From contig JBALDB010000047.1 of the NCBI GenBank assembly GCA_036918135.1, forward strand, positions 1 to 64,000: a stretch of 64,000 bases of DNA, read 5' to 3'. Shown piece by piece: positions 17,561 through 27,398 of this stretch. This stretch comes from Nostoc sp. Lineage in GTDB: Bacteria > Cyanobacteriota > Cyanobacteriia > Cyanobacteriales > Nostocaceae. Within the stretch, counting starts at the first letter, position 1, and each line of letters begins with the position of its first letter. Position numbers and translations under genes: made by a program. The notes beneath the pieces are model-generated. The model ran no database searches and was not told where the DNA came from. It saw only the letters and a program-made list of their open reading frames with translations.

Positions 17561-19062
17561 GCAAAATTAGTCCTCAAGTTGCTAATCGACGTATAGAGTC
17601 TTTTAGTAAACGATTCACAAAAGCGCATCTGTATTTGGCATATCATGCTGCTTTTCCCTTAGCGCTCACACCCAATCTTTTATATCGTGTATGGGCTAAT
17701 TTTCAACGGGATATTCACGCCGAAGTGCTAGATATCCCCTGGATAGCAGTAGCGGATCTGTTGCTTTCTAGCCTTTGTGATGAAGTTGGACATGAACTCT
17801 ACGAAATGGATTTGTCCATAAGAAATGTGCTGTTAAAGCGATTACAGGAAGATGAAAAGTTTGGTCAACAGCGAATTCATGAACTGTCAAACTTTTTAGT
17901 GGATTATGTACAACAGCAACTTCAAAGTGACGATCCCGATGTGCGCGACTTTGCTCAAGCTCAATATTGGACGGCGATCGCATATACTAAACCCAGTGAT
18001 GCAGCTCGTGAACTCACAGCTACTCTCAAAAAAGCCTATCACACCGATAGAGCGGATTTAATTCGCTTAGCATCATTGGTAGAAACGTTAGCAGAGCCAC
18101 TAGCAGAATTTGAGCCACTATTGGTTGATGCTCGTAAGATGAGGAGCTTTGCTTCTAGCAATCAAGAGATTGTAGAGCCTCCATTGCCAAAAAATAAATT
18201 TCCTAAGTCTTTAATTTTTTCTGGATTGGCTTTAGCACTGGTTAATGTCAGTTTTTGGTATCTTTACGAGCCAGCACAAGCAATTCCAATGTGTATGCAG
18301 TCTTTCCTTGAGCCACAAGGCAATGACAAAGCGCTTGGTATTGGGGTTGCTGATATAGACGGCAGAGTAGATTGGACAGTTGTGAAAAACTCTGGTAAGA
18401 CTTTTGCTTTTGCTAAAGCTACAGAAGATACTAACATTAAAGATTCTGCTTTTGCTTATAACTGGCAAAGCATGAAAGCTGCTGGTATTATTCGTGGAGC
18501 TTATCATTTCTTTAATCCAAAATCTGACGCTGTTTTGCAAGCAAAAGAATTTTTAAAAACTGTTGGCAATTTTGAACCTGGAGATTTACCACCAGTTTTA
18601 GATATAGAAGTAACAGATAAGGTAAATAACCAAGCTGTCATCAATGCAGCGAAGCAATGGTTAGCAGAGGTAGAAAAAGAGCTAAAACAACAGACCGGAA
18701 AGACAATCAAACCAATTATTTATACTTTCCCTTCCTTTTGGGAAGAGCTTGGTAATCCTTCTGATTTTGCTAGTTACCCTCTATACATTGCACACTACGC
18801 AACTCAGAACCCATCAATTCCTAGTCCTTGGCAAGGGAAATATCTATTCCATGAATATGAAGATGATGTATCTGGTGTACCTGGTGTTAGTGGTAGATCT
18901 TCTTTGGACTACTTCAATGGCTCAGTAGAAGACCTTAAATGTTTTGTCAAGTCGCCCTCCCTCTTCCAAGTTACATCCCAATTACGTAATCTCATATCTG
19001 GACAAAAAGTTACAAAAACTACAGAGCCTTCTGTTAGCCCAACTTCTACACAACTAAAATAG
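17557..19062 (+). CDS. Fusion of a conserved helical N-terminal domain (MoxR/vWA-operon partner), a TM helix and a GH25 lysozyme-like domain
   Basis: HAAFPLALTP, PWIAVADLLLS.LC.EVG.ELYEM; TM SLIFSGLALALVNVSFWYL; GH25 motifs FAFAKATE, GAYHFF, LPPVLDIE, PIIYT, LYIAHY. Confidence 0.88.
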   Translation: MSKISPQVANRRIESFSKRFTKAHLYLAYHAAFPLALTPNLLYRVWANFQRDIHAEVLDIPWIAVADLLLSSLCDEVGHELYEMDLSIRNVLLKRLQEDEKFGQQRIHELSNFLVDYVQQQLQSDDPDVRDFAQAQYWTAIAYTKPSDAARELTATLKKAYHTDRADLIRLASLVETLAEPLAEFEPLLVDARKMRSFASSNQEIVEPPLPKNKFPKSLIFSGLALALVNVSFWYLYEPAQAIPMCMQSFLEPQGNDKALGIGVADIDGRVDWTVVKNSGKTFAFAKATEDTNIKDSAFAYNWQSMKAAGIIRGAYHFFNPKSDAVLQAKEFLKTVGNFEPGDLPPVLDIEVTDKVNNQAVINAAKQWLAEVEKELKQQTGKTIKPIIYTFPSFWEELGNPSDFASYPLYIAHYATQNPSIPSPWQGKYLFHEYEDDVSGVPGVSGRSSLDYFNGSVEDLKCFVKSPSLFQVTSQLRNLISGQKVTKTTEPSVSPTSTQLK

Positions 19063-19368
19063 CTAAAACTAGTTAATATTAATATTTATAGTGATTAAAA
19101 GCTTTAAAATTCTCTAAGTTCCAATAAAAACAGCAGCTTCTTGATTAACAGGTAAAATTAGCAAACCTTAGCAATGAACTGGATAAAATTGAGTCTGCAA
19201 TTGCAATTATAAAATTTAGTAAATATACAGTTATTTACTTGATATAAATCAGGATTTCCTAACCGAGAAAATTAGGAAAACACAGATATTCAGCTAATTG
19301 GTGTTTGTTTATACTATTTCAAATTTTTGTAGTCGTTATACTCATGACTTAGGTTCTACCTGGGAATT

Positions 19369-19396
19369 AGGAAGTGGCTTTGCCACTTCTTTTTAT
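19369..19396 (+). terminator. Rho-independent terminator-like hairpin downstream of the MoxR operon
   Basis: gaagtggc-ttt-gccacttc followed by a T-run. Confidence 0.55.
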
Positions 19397-19571
19397 TTAT
19401 ATGGTAGCCCAGGAAAAAATAAATTAAAAGTTAAAAGTAATTTAGTAAAACTTTTAACTTTTATTGAGTTTTGACAGCAATTTGCAACTAAATGCAGTAA
19501 AACTCATCTTTGCCCAAAGCCAGACATAAAGCTTTTTTCACTCCTGACTCTTAAATTCACCAATTTTAATA

Positions 19572-20660
19572 TCAGTCATTACTCATGCTATCTCGCCATC
19601 TTTCACGCTTGAGCTTGCTTTGGGTATCGCGCGATCGCGTTTCTTCCCAAGTCTCCCACATTCGAGACTGCTGTTTTTCAACATAATTGATGAACTGCAT
19701 AATTGACTGATCCGCCTTGATTGGGGTTTTCAAATCAAACTGAATAGTTTGAACAACTTTGATATCACCCATGAGAAAATATTGACCTGCAATCTTAGTC
19801 AGCCACAACACAACTCGATTGGATAACCAACCAAAAATTCCCTTACGTTTTTTAACCATCAACAGAATTTGACCTTCGGCTTTTCCCCCTTCATGAAGGC
19901 GCGTAGCAAACATCATGTGGACATGAAGGAAATCCGGGCCAACTGTCACAATGCCAATGCTACCGTACCAATAGCAAACGCTGTAAGTAATGGTCTTTTT
20001 ATAGAAAAGACGCATGAGCTTGATGAAAAATGAATTTTCTTTGATGGGTGCAGTGTTGGTAAAGATAATTGCATTTTCGTTAAGTTGCTGTCTTTCAAAG
20101 AAAACTTCTACAGGCAATTTGTGAACTGTGTTTAGGTGCTGAGCATCGATGGCATTAATCATCACCACATTAGGGTGACAATTCATTAAGAAGTGGGAAT
20201 GGATAGCAATATCACACTCTTTTTGTTCTAATTCTGGTACAAAAGGTAGAGGTTGTTGGGGAATTTCTCCAGTCCAAACCCAAATCATCCCGTACTTTTC
20301 AGCAGTCGGCCAAGATTCTAACTTCAAAGAAAGTGGCGTATCTAAACATGGGATATCAATACACATCCCTTCACTATCAAACTTCCAGTGATGGAAAAAA
20401 CAGCGTAGTGCATTCCCCTCAACTTTGCCTTCAGCAAGGTGAGCGCCCATGTGGGGACAGTAGGCATCAAAAGTCACTACTTTTGTGTCTTTACCACGAT
20501 AAATAACTAGTTCTCTGCCCAAAATTGTGACAGGTTTGACTTCACCTACCCGCAGATTTTGAGAGGGTATTACCCAATACCATCCTTCAATAAAACACTC
20601 TACATTATTAAAAGTTTTAGGTTTACGGGTTGAGTTAAAAGCCTGGGAGTTGAGATTCAT
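19572..20660 (-). CDS. Rieske non-heme iron oxygenase (aromatic ring-hydroxylating / sterol desaturase-like alpha subunit)
   Basis: CPHMG...CFFHHW Rieske motif; NAIDAQHLNTVH mononuclear Fe motif. Confidence 0.88.
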   Translation of the reverse strand: MNLNSQAFNSTRKPKTFNNVECFIEGWYWVIPSQNLRVGEVKPVTILGRELVIYRGKDTKVVTFDAYCPHMGAHLAEGKVEGNALRCFFHHWKFDSEGMCIDIPCLDTPLSLKLESWPTAEKYGMIWVWTGEIPQQPLPFVPELEQKECDIAIHSHFLMNCHPNVVMINAIDAQHLNTVHKLPVEVFFERQQLNENAIIFTNTAPIKENSFFIKLMRLFYKKTITYSVCYWYGSIGIVTVGPDFLHVHMMFATRLHEGGKAEGQILLMVKKRKGIFGWLSNRVVLWLTKIAGQYFLMGDIKVVQTIQFDLKTPIKADQSIMQFINYVEKQQSRMWETWEETRSRDTQSKLKRERWRDSMSND

Positions 20661-21053
20661 TTTTATAGTTTCACTTCCAGTGAAGCGGTTAATCTAGAAG
20701 TAGCATGGAAACTATAAACAAACAGTTACTTTCAGTACTAGCCTAACAAATTACCCAATAAATTAATATAAAAAACTTAAATGATTATCTGGAAAATGTT
20801 AAAACTATAGCAACTAAATCTCAACTGACATAAGCTGGTATAGGCTGACAATAAATCTCTGAAAAATTATTATTCAGAAAAATTTATAATTTGCTAATAA
20901 TTATAGATACCGATTTGAAAATTTGGCTATACAACTTCTAATTTTAACGAAAACCTAGAGTACAGTAATATTCGTTACGAACTGCTAAATTATTCACAAA
21001 TTTAATGTTTCAATTATGTAATAATAGTCACAAAAATGAAAATATCCAGTGTT

Positions 21054-21221
21054 AGGTAACTCCAACAAATAAATTGTCCCGTTTCAAGTTGATGACTGAC
21101 GAGAGCCAGTTGCTACCCTATAGAAACGCTAAGAGCGAACAACTCCGGGAAAATACGCAACGCACTGGCTCGTGATGACTGTTAACTGTCAACAGTGGAT
21201 ATTTTTATTTGTCAGTCTCTA
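21054..21221. mobile_element. MITE family A copy 2 with a nested small dispersed repeat (21103-21171)
   Basis: aggtaactccaacaaataaattgtcc...aacagtggatatttttatttgtcagtctct; insert bounded by gagccagt/actggctc. Confidence 0.75.
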
Positions 21222-21320
21222 ACAGCACTCCCAATAACTATCATGACCAATGACCACTAAAAATGTGAAATCCCACAACCAACAGGCGTGGGACTGGCTC
21301 AAATAAGTTTTTCGGCAATT

Positions 21321-22097
21321 TTACATTTGATCCAATTGCTTGCGTAGGGAATCCAACTCAGCATCAACTACTTCATTAGATTTAGGAGTAGCCGTTTGTT
21401 GTTGAGGTGGGAGTTGCGGTTGACTTTGTGGAGTGGCGGGTGGTAATATTTGCGCTTTTAAAGCAGCCAATTCATCATCAACATCGCTACTACCTTCTAA
21501 GCGGGCAAATTGGCTTTCTAAATCGGCACCTGCCAACTCTCCTGCTGACTGGGCACGGGCTTCTTGCATCAAGACTTTTTCTTCCATCCGCTCGAAGGCA
21601 GCCATTGCACTACTGGTATTCATCCCACGCACCATACCTTGAAGTTGTTCTTGGGCTTTGGCAGTGGTAATCCGAGCTTTGAGCATTTCTTTCTTAGTCT
21701 TAGCCTCAGAAATTTTGCTTTCTAACTGGATTAAGTTGCGCTTGAGCGTTTCAACTTGGGTGCTTTGTTGATCTAAGCTGGCTTTGAGCGCTCCGCTAGT
21801 GTCAGTATAAGTTTTCTTCCGCTCTAAGGCTTGTCGTGCTAAGTTTTCATCACCTTTTTGCAGCGCCAGTTGAGCATTGCGTTGCCACTTATTGATTTCA
21901 TTTTGAGCATCAGTATACTGTTTATCAGTGCGTTTTTGAGCGGCGATCGCCTGGGCTACTCCCTGACGTAGTTGAACCAAGTCCTCCTGCATTTCCAGGA
22001 TGGCTTGCTCTAGCATTTTTTCGGGGTCTTCGGCTTTGTTAACTAAGTCATTGAGGTTAGCGCTAACAACTCGTTTAATACGATCGAATAATCCCAT
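21321..22097 (-). CDS. vipp1: Vipp1/IM30 (PspA family with C-terminal extension)
   Basis: MGLFDRIKRVVSANLN, EDPEKMLEQ, AFERMEEKV, extra C-terminal helix VDAELDSLRKQL. Confidence 0.9.
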   Translation of the reverse strand: MGLFDRIKRVVSANLNDLVNKAEDPEKMLEQAILEMQEDLVQLRQGVAQAIAAQKRTDKQYTDAQNEINKWQRNAQLALQKGDENLARQALERKKTYTDTSGALKASLDQQSTQVETLKRNLIQLESKISEAKTKKEMLKARITTAKAQEQLQGMVRGMNTSSAMAAFERMEEKVLMQEARAQSAGELAGADLESQFARLEGSSDVDDELAALKAQILPPATPQSQPQLPPQQQTATPKSNEVVDAELDSLRKQLDQM

Positions 22098-22260
22098 AAC
22101 TTTGTTTTTCCTTCTTTCGGTTTACGCTCTTTGTTGGACAGTTAGCTTTTTTACTTTTTAATAGCTACCTATTTCAATGTAATCTTTCCAGTTTGAATCA
22201 GTACCTTCCAACAACTCTTAATTGTTAAGATATCTCGAAGCTGCGGTAATTTACCCGACT

Positions 22261-23016
22261 TCAAGAGTCCTGTGTTTTGGGTAGCTGCTGTTGGGGAGGC
22301 TGCCCTATATTCTGGTTGTCTTCCATGAGGCGATTGTTGGGCTGTATGTTTTCTGCCTCATTTAAAACCTGCACCTTCATCGCTGCCAATTCGGCATCCA
22401 CATCATTAGTAGATTCTAAGGAGGCAAATTGTGTTTCCAGTCGATCGCTACTAAGTTGAGCAATTGCTTCTGATTTAGCTTCTATTTGCAAAACTTTTTC
22501 TTCCATCCGCTCAAAAGCATTCAAACTGCTGGTTGTAGATACTCCGTCGAGCATTTCTTGCAGGCGATAAGAGGCTTCAGCAGAACGAGCGCGAGCAATA
22601 TACATATCTTTTTTAGTTTTCGCTTCGGCAATTTTTAACTCTAGCGAGCGCATATCCTTTTTCAGCCTAGCTACGATCTCATTTTGCTGTTCTATCTGGT
22701 TAAATAGGGCTGTACTGGTTTCTTTATAAGCTTGGCGCTTAGTTAAAGCTTCCCGTGCTAGAGGTTCGTTGCCTTGTCGCAATGCTAGCTGAGCGCGGCG
22801 ATACCATTCTTCGGCTTGGGACTCGGCAGCAGCAGCTTGTCGTTCGGTGCGTTTTTGGGTAGCGATCGCTTGTGCTACACCCTGCCTTAACCGCACTAGA
22901 TTTTCTTGCATCTCCATCACAGTTTGCTCCAGAATCTTTTCTGGATCTTCTGTACTGCTTACCAAACTATTGAGGTTAGCGCGAATCACCCGCAGGATAC
23001 GCTTGATTAACTCCAT
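22261..23016 (-). CDS. pspA: PspA/IM30 family protein (tandem paralog); ATG start at 23016
   Basis: MELIKRILRVIRANLN, EDPEKILEQ, AFERMEEKV. Confidence 0.85.
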   Translation of the reverse strand: MELIKRILRVIRANLNSLVSSTEDPEKILEQTVMEMQENLVRLRQGVAQAIATQKRTERQAAAAESQAEEWYRRAQLALRQGNEPLAREALTKRQAYKETSTALFNQIEQQNEIVARLKKDMRSLELKIAEAKTKKDMYIARARSAEASYRLQEMLDGVSTTSSLNAFERMEEKVLQIEAKSEAIAQLSSDRLETQFASLESTNDVDAELAAMKVQVLNEAENIQPNNRLMEDNQNIGQPPQQQLPKTQDS

Positions 23017-23182
23017 CTCTGCTCTCCATTCATGAAACTGAGTCACCGTTCGCCTTTTGCGTCTCCCTTTAAGAGAAGTTCCGATGTCTGACGACTAGGC
23101 CGATGCAGCGTCTACGGCGCAAGCCGCCGAGTCGTGACTTCTCGCGCTCGTGCTGTGTGTTGAGTACCCTAATAGACTCTTA

Positions 23183-23212
23183 AGTATAAAAAAATCGTAG
23201 TAGGGTCGTCAA
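23183..23212 (-). promoter_or_regulatory. Sigma70-type promoter for pspA-vipp1
   Basis: Minus strand TTGACG-N18-TATACT, about 170 bp upstream of the ATG. Confidence 0.5.
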
Positions 23213-23350
23213 CAAGCAAGATTTTATCTTTACTACTCATCAATTCCTCACTCAACACTTTTAACTCAGCACTGGCTCAACGCCCCCAAGAAAGCTAACA
23301 GTACTCAAAACTCAGCACTGTGATCTCATGGTATCGTAGATTTTTGCGAC

Positions 23351-24703
23351 TTATGGCTGTTGAACTCGTGCTTTAATTCCTCTTGTCTGTAATAATTGCA
23401 TCTGTTTTTGTACTTGCTCTTTAGTTTTAAAAGCACCCAGAAAAATCAATTGTTTGTTATCTGATAAATATGCATCGGGAACTACTTGCTTTGCTGAAGC
23501 TAAAGCAGCGCCTTGATTGTCTATGACTATGTGATATAGCCCATCTGTAGATGGTTTGATTTGTGCATTTGGCTGAGTTGAGGTTTTTGGCTTTGGAGTG
23601 GGGGACAAATTCACATCAGGTAAGGGCTTTGCCGTCGGTACAGGTGCTAGAGCTATGGGATTTCTTGGTTTTAGGGGTGTGATGGAGTCAGGCAATGTAG
23701 CTTGAGGATTTGCCGGGTTTTGGGGAATAACTGGATTCGTTACGACTGGAGGCGTTGGTTGGACTTTGGGTTTTAAGCCAACTAGATCGTTGGGGTTTCT
23801 CACCTCAGGAAACTCTTCATTAGCCAAATTAGGATATTTGGGTATAGATGTACTTGGTGGCTGGATCTGAGATTGGACATTAGTTGCAACTTCCTGAGTA
23901 TTTTCTGGTGCAGCAGGCGAGTTACTATTAAACAACTTGCCTAAATTCCACTGTGGCAAGCTTTTAGGATTAAAAACTATATAACCCAAGGTAAGACTTG
24001 CCACTAATAGCAGCAACATCGAGCCAATACCCAAAGGTGATAGCAAACTGTCACTATAGTTACTTGGTTTTTTAGTTTGTGGCTGTTCTTCTGTCAGACT
24101 TCGCAGCAGTGCTTCACTAGATTCCAAATAGTCATCTGGCTGCTTAATGGTATCATCCGGCTGCACGAGATTTTCGCCTTTAGTATCTTTGACGACTGTT
24201 GGCACGATACTGCTACTAAAGTTAGGCGGCGGTGGTGGAAGTTGAGTTTGTTTTTTAGCAGCATCCAAGTCAGACGAAACGTTACTAGTCTCATTCAAAT
24301 CCTCAGTGTTTACCGTTACTGATTCCGAGTTGCCCTCAGAATTCACCGCTACAGACATCGGTCGTTCGTCAATTTTGACCACGGTTACTGCTGGAGTTAC
24401 CTGAGGATTCACAGGTGCAGACACAGGGGGAGGTGGTGGTACATTAGTTTTAGTTTCTGCTCCTGATGGTACAGTTGTACCCGATGCTGTAGAAACGGCA
24501 GTGAACTGCTGAGGTTGAGTGTTAATGTAACTCCCAACACGTAGCTGGTTAGGGGACACCGAACCAGTTCGCGTGCGTCGGTATCGAGCTAACTCTCGAT
24601 CTAATGGCACCTCTAAACTTGCCAGTGCTGCTGCTAGTGCTGGTTTCAACCCAGGTATTTTAGACGATTGAGTACCGGAATCATTCAGGGAGTTTTGAGT
24701 CAT
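23351..24703 (-). CDS. Pro-rich single-TM membrane protein with small C-terminal SPOR-like domain
   Basis: Conserved-looking SLEVPLDRELARYRR and DDYLESSEALL; TM; C-terminal IFLGAF...QLLQTRGI. Confidence 0.75.
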   Translation of the reverse strand: MTQNSLNDSGTQSSKIPGLKPALAAALASLEVPLDRELARYRRTRTGSVSPNQLRVGSYINTQPQQFTAVSTASGTTVPSGAETKTNVPPPPPVSAPVNPQVTPAVTVVKIDERPMSVAVNSEGNSESVTVNTEDLNETSNVSSDLDAAKKQTQLPPPPPNFSSSIVPTVVKDTKGENLVQPDDTIKQPDDYLESSEALLRSLTEEQPQTKKPSNYSDSLLSPLGIGSMLLLLVASLTLGYIVFNPKSLPQWNLGKLFNSNSPAAPENTQEVATNVQSQIQPPSTSIPKYPNLANEEFPEVRNPNDLVGLKPKVQPTPPVVTNPVIPQNPANPQATLPDSITPLKPRNPIALAPVPTAKPLPDVNLSPTPKPKTSTQPNAQIKPSTDGLYHIVIDNQGAALASAKQVVPDAYLSDNKQLIFLGAFKTKEQVQKQMQLLQTRGIKARVQQP

Positions 24704-24784
24704 TACCTCTACACCTCAAACGTAGATTGCTGGAATTAACTTTAGACATATTTGTGCCAATATTAGCGAAAATTACTTAGAAGT

Positions 24785-24900
24785 GGGCATGGGGCAAACA
24801 GGGAGTATGGGAGGTGTGGGAGGATAGGGAAGAAATCTTTCCCCCCCTCTCTCCCCATACTCCCCACACCTCCCCATCTCCCCATCTCCCCTATCTCCCT
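24785..24900. repeat. Inverted STRR-type low-complexity repeats
   Basis: gggagtatgggaggtgtggga ... ccccatactccccacacctccccatctccccatctccc. Confidence 0.75.
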
Positions 24901-24911
24901 AACTTTTAATA

Positions 24912-25454
24912 ATGTCGTTGAAATCAGTTAATGATATTTTGGACGTTCTAGAAAAGCAGGCTAAATGGCAGGAGCAACCATTTCAACGCTTGCTCAAGTG
25001 TTGGACAGAGGTTGTTGGCTCTGTGGTTGCGGCACAGACTCGACCATTGTCGATTCAGCGTGATGTTTTGTGGGTAGCAACCTCAAGTGCAGCTTGGGCG
25101 CAAAACCTGACTTTTGGTCGCTCGCCTCTACTTTTAAAGTTGAATAAAAAGCTGCCAACACCTTTGGTTGATATTCGCTTCTCAACTGCTGGTTGGCAAC
25201 ATCCATCTGTAGAGCCAAAACAGCAACAAACAATTTCGCCTCACGAGCATCCCAGTTATCTTAGCGATCGCATTAGCCGCCCTGATAGTAGACCCAGTAT
25301 CCAAGATGCGAATGCTGCTTTTGGGCATTGGGCTAAGATTGTGCAAGCGCGATCGCATAATCTACCTCTTTGTCCTCAATGTCAATGCCCCACCCCACTC
25401 GGTGAACTCCAGCGTTGGAGTGTCTGCTCTATCTGTGCTGCTAAGCAATTTTGA
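24912..25454 (+). CDS. DUF721/DciA family protein with C-terminal Zn ribbon
   Basis: W.EVVG..VAAQTRP..I.RDVL.VATSSAAWAQ.L; CPQC...CSIC. Confidence 0.85.
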   Translation: MSLKSVNDILDVLEKQAKWQEQPFQRLLKCWTEVVGSVVAAQTRPLSIQRDVLWVATSSAAWAQNLTFGRSPLLLKLNKKLPTPLVDIRFSTAGWQHPSVEPKQQQTISPHEHPSYLSDRISRPDSRPSIQDANAAFGHWAKIVQARSHNLPLCPQCQCPTPLGELQRWSVCSICAAKQF

Positions 25455-25987
25455 AGTTAGTCAATCTTGACCGAAAAAGCAGGAAAGCATCTGTTTATTT
25501 TTGCGCTCGCTGTAGTAGAGAAATTAAATTTATCTCTAGCATCACAAATACAGCAACTAAATTTCTTTATGGAAAACGAACAAATATCCTTAAGTAACTT
25601 GGTGCAACCACATACAATAATTTTGATGAATAAAAAAATAGATATTCTAGCAGTAAAATATTCAGGATGCGATATCAATGCACACTATTTATCTGAAATT
25701 CTCTGCTTTCAGCTATTCTTAAGGAGGAAGTTAAAACGCTAGATAAATTCAAAACTTCAATTTTACTCTTGATCCCTAGTTATTTTTAGCTAAAAGCTAT
25801 GGGTGGGCACTCTAGGAAAGATTTAAAAATATAACAACAATATAAAAATATTCTAAAATTTATTTTTTCATTGGGATCGCTGAAACCTAGAGCAAATAAT
25901 GATTCTTTGCCTCTTCTCTCTCTTTATATATAGAAGCAAAATATAAGGATGAAACTTAGCCTGAAACGGCACTAAAGATGAACCCAA

Positions 25988-26272
25988 ATGAAACCCATTA
26001 AATTTTTAGCATCTGCCTGTAGATATTGCCGTCATTACCAGCCAGAGGGTCGTCGTGGTGGAATGTGCGAGCAATTGGGAGCGCCAGTTCAAGCAAGCTG
26101 GAAGGCTTGCTCTTTGGCGCTACCACCTTTTGCACCTTCTTGGGAAACTTTGGAAGATGTTTGGGGTTTGGCAGATGTAAAACCAGTTTTAGCTTCTTCT
26201 CAGTCTCTAGCCTCAGATTTAGAGAATGCTCCTCTTGCTCTTGTACAGGAAACAACTGTTTCTACTTCCTAA
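25988..26272 (+). CDS. Small Cys-containing conserved hypothetical protein
   Basis: SACRYCRHYQPEGRRGGMC...WKAC..A.PPF. Confidence 0.7.
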   Translation: MKPIKFLASACRYCRHYQPEGRRGGMCEQLGAPVQASWKACSLALPPFAPSWETLEDVWGLADVKPVLASSQSLASDLENAPLALVQETTVSTS

Positions 26273-26390
26273 GAGGCTAAGACTAAAACTGTGCTTATTT
26301 AGTCACTCATTATTACTCAACTGAGTTCGTAGTCTGCTTAAAATAATATTTGTTTTTAAGATTTTTAGTGCTGTAAATTTTGACATCTAC

Positions 26391-26424
26391 AAAAATCGCA
26401 CCCTTTGGGAAGGTGCGATTTTTG
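26391..26424. terminator. Bidirectional terminator downstream of menB
   Basis: aaaaatcgcacc-ctttggga-aggtgcgattttt. Confidence 0.75.
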
Positions 26425-26428
26425 CAAT

Positions 26429-27262
26429 TTAAGGTAGCCAAGGAAAAGAGCGAAAATCTGGTGGACGTTTTTCGAGAAACGCTTTTTTGCCTTCAGACCC
26501 TTCTTCTGTCATGTAATACAGTAAGGTGGCATTGCCAGCGAGTTCCTGTAAACCAGCTTGTCCGTCACAGTCAGCGTTGAATGCAGCTTTGAGACAGCGA
26601 ATTGCAATCGGACTTTTTTCTAAAATTTCTTGCGCCCATTGAATACCTTCGGCTTCTAGTTGTTCGACTGGGACGATGCAATTAATTAAGCCCATTTCTA
26701 GAGCTTGTTGTGCATTATATTGACGGCAGAGAAACCAAATTTCCCGGGCTTTTTTTTGTCCCACGATGCGGGCAAGATAACTGGCACCAAAACCACCATC
26801 AAAACTGCCAACTTTCGGTCCAGTCTGTCCGAAAATGGCGTTATCAGCGGCGATGGTAAGGTCGCAAATCAAGTGTAGGACATGTCCACCACCGATCGCA
26901 TATCCAGCTACCAAAGCGATCGCTACTTTGGGCATGGAACGAATCAAGCGTTGTAAATCCAGCACATTTAGGCGGGGTATGCCAGTATCATCCACATAAC
27001 CAGCATGTCCGCGCACGCTTTGGTCGCCACCAGCACAAAAAGCATATTTACCATCAGTGTGTGGGCCATATCCAGTGAATAAGACAACACCAATAGTAGT
27101 ATCTTCACGAGCATCACAGAAAGCATCGTAAAGTTCAAAGACGGTTTTAGGACGGAAAGCATTGCGTTTGTGGGGACGGTTGATGGTGATTTTCGCAATA
27201 CCATCAGTTTTTTGATACAGAATATCTTCGTACGATTTAGCAGTTTGCCAGTTGATTTGCAT
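26429..27262 (-). CDS. menB: 1,4-dihydroxy-2-naphthoyl-CoA synthase
   Basis: [33 protein letters not shown]. Confidence 0.97.
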   Translation of the reverse strand: MQINWQTAKSYEDILYQKTDGIAKITINRPHKRNAFRPKTVFELYDAFCDAREDTTIGVVLFTGYGPHTDGKYAFCAGGDQSVRGHAGYVDDTGIPRLNVLDLQRLIRSMPKVAIALVAGYAIGGGHVLHLICDLTIAADNAIFGQTGPKVGSFDGGFGASYLARIVGQKKAREIWFLCRQYNAQQALEMGLINCIVPVEQLEAEGIQWAQEILEKSPIAIRCLKAAFNADCDGQAGLQELAGNATLLYYMTEEGSEGKKAFLEKRPPDFRSFPWLP

Positions 27263-27398
27263 TGGTCTGGAGTGCGCTATTGCTTCGAGAATTTTATCGC
27301 GGACGTGGGGAGTTGCGATACCTGCGGTGGGCTACGCCTTAGCTAAGATTAATGTCTCAAGCTTTACAATCAGGGCTGGTAATTGATTAGCAATCACA

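Noticed and set aside
25457..25742. Overlapping antisense ORFs 25457-25678 and 25467-25742
   Set aside because: AT-rich intergenic DNA with non-ATG starts and no recognisable motif
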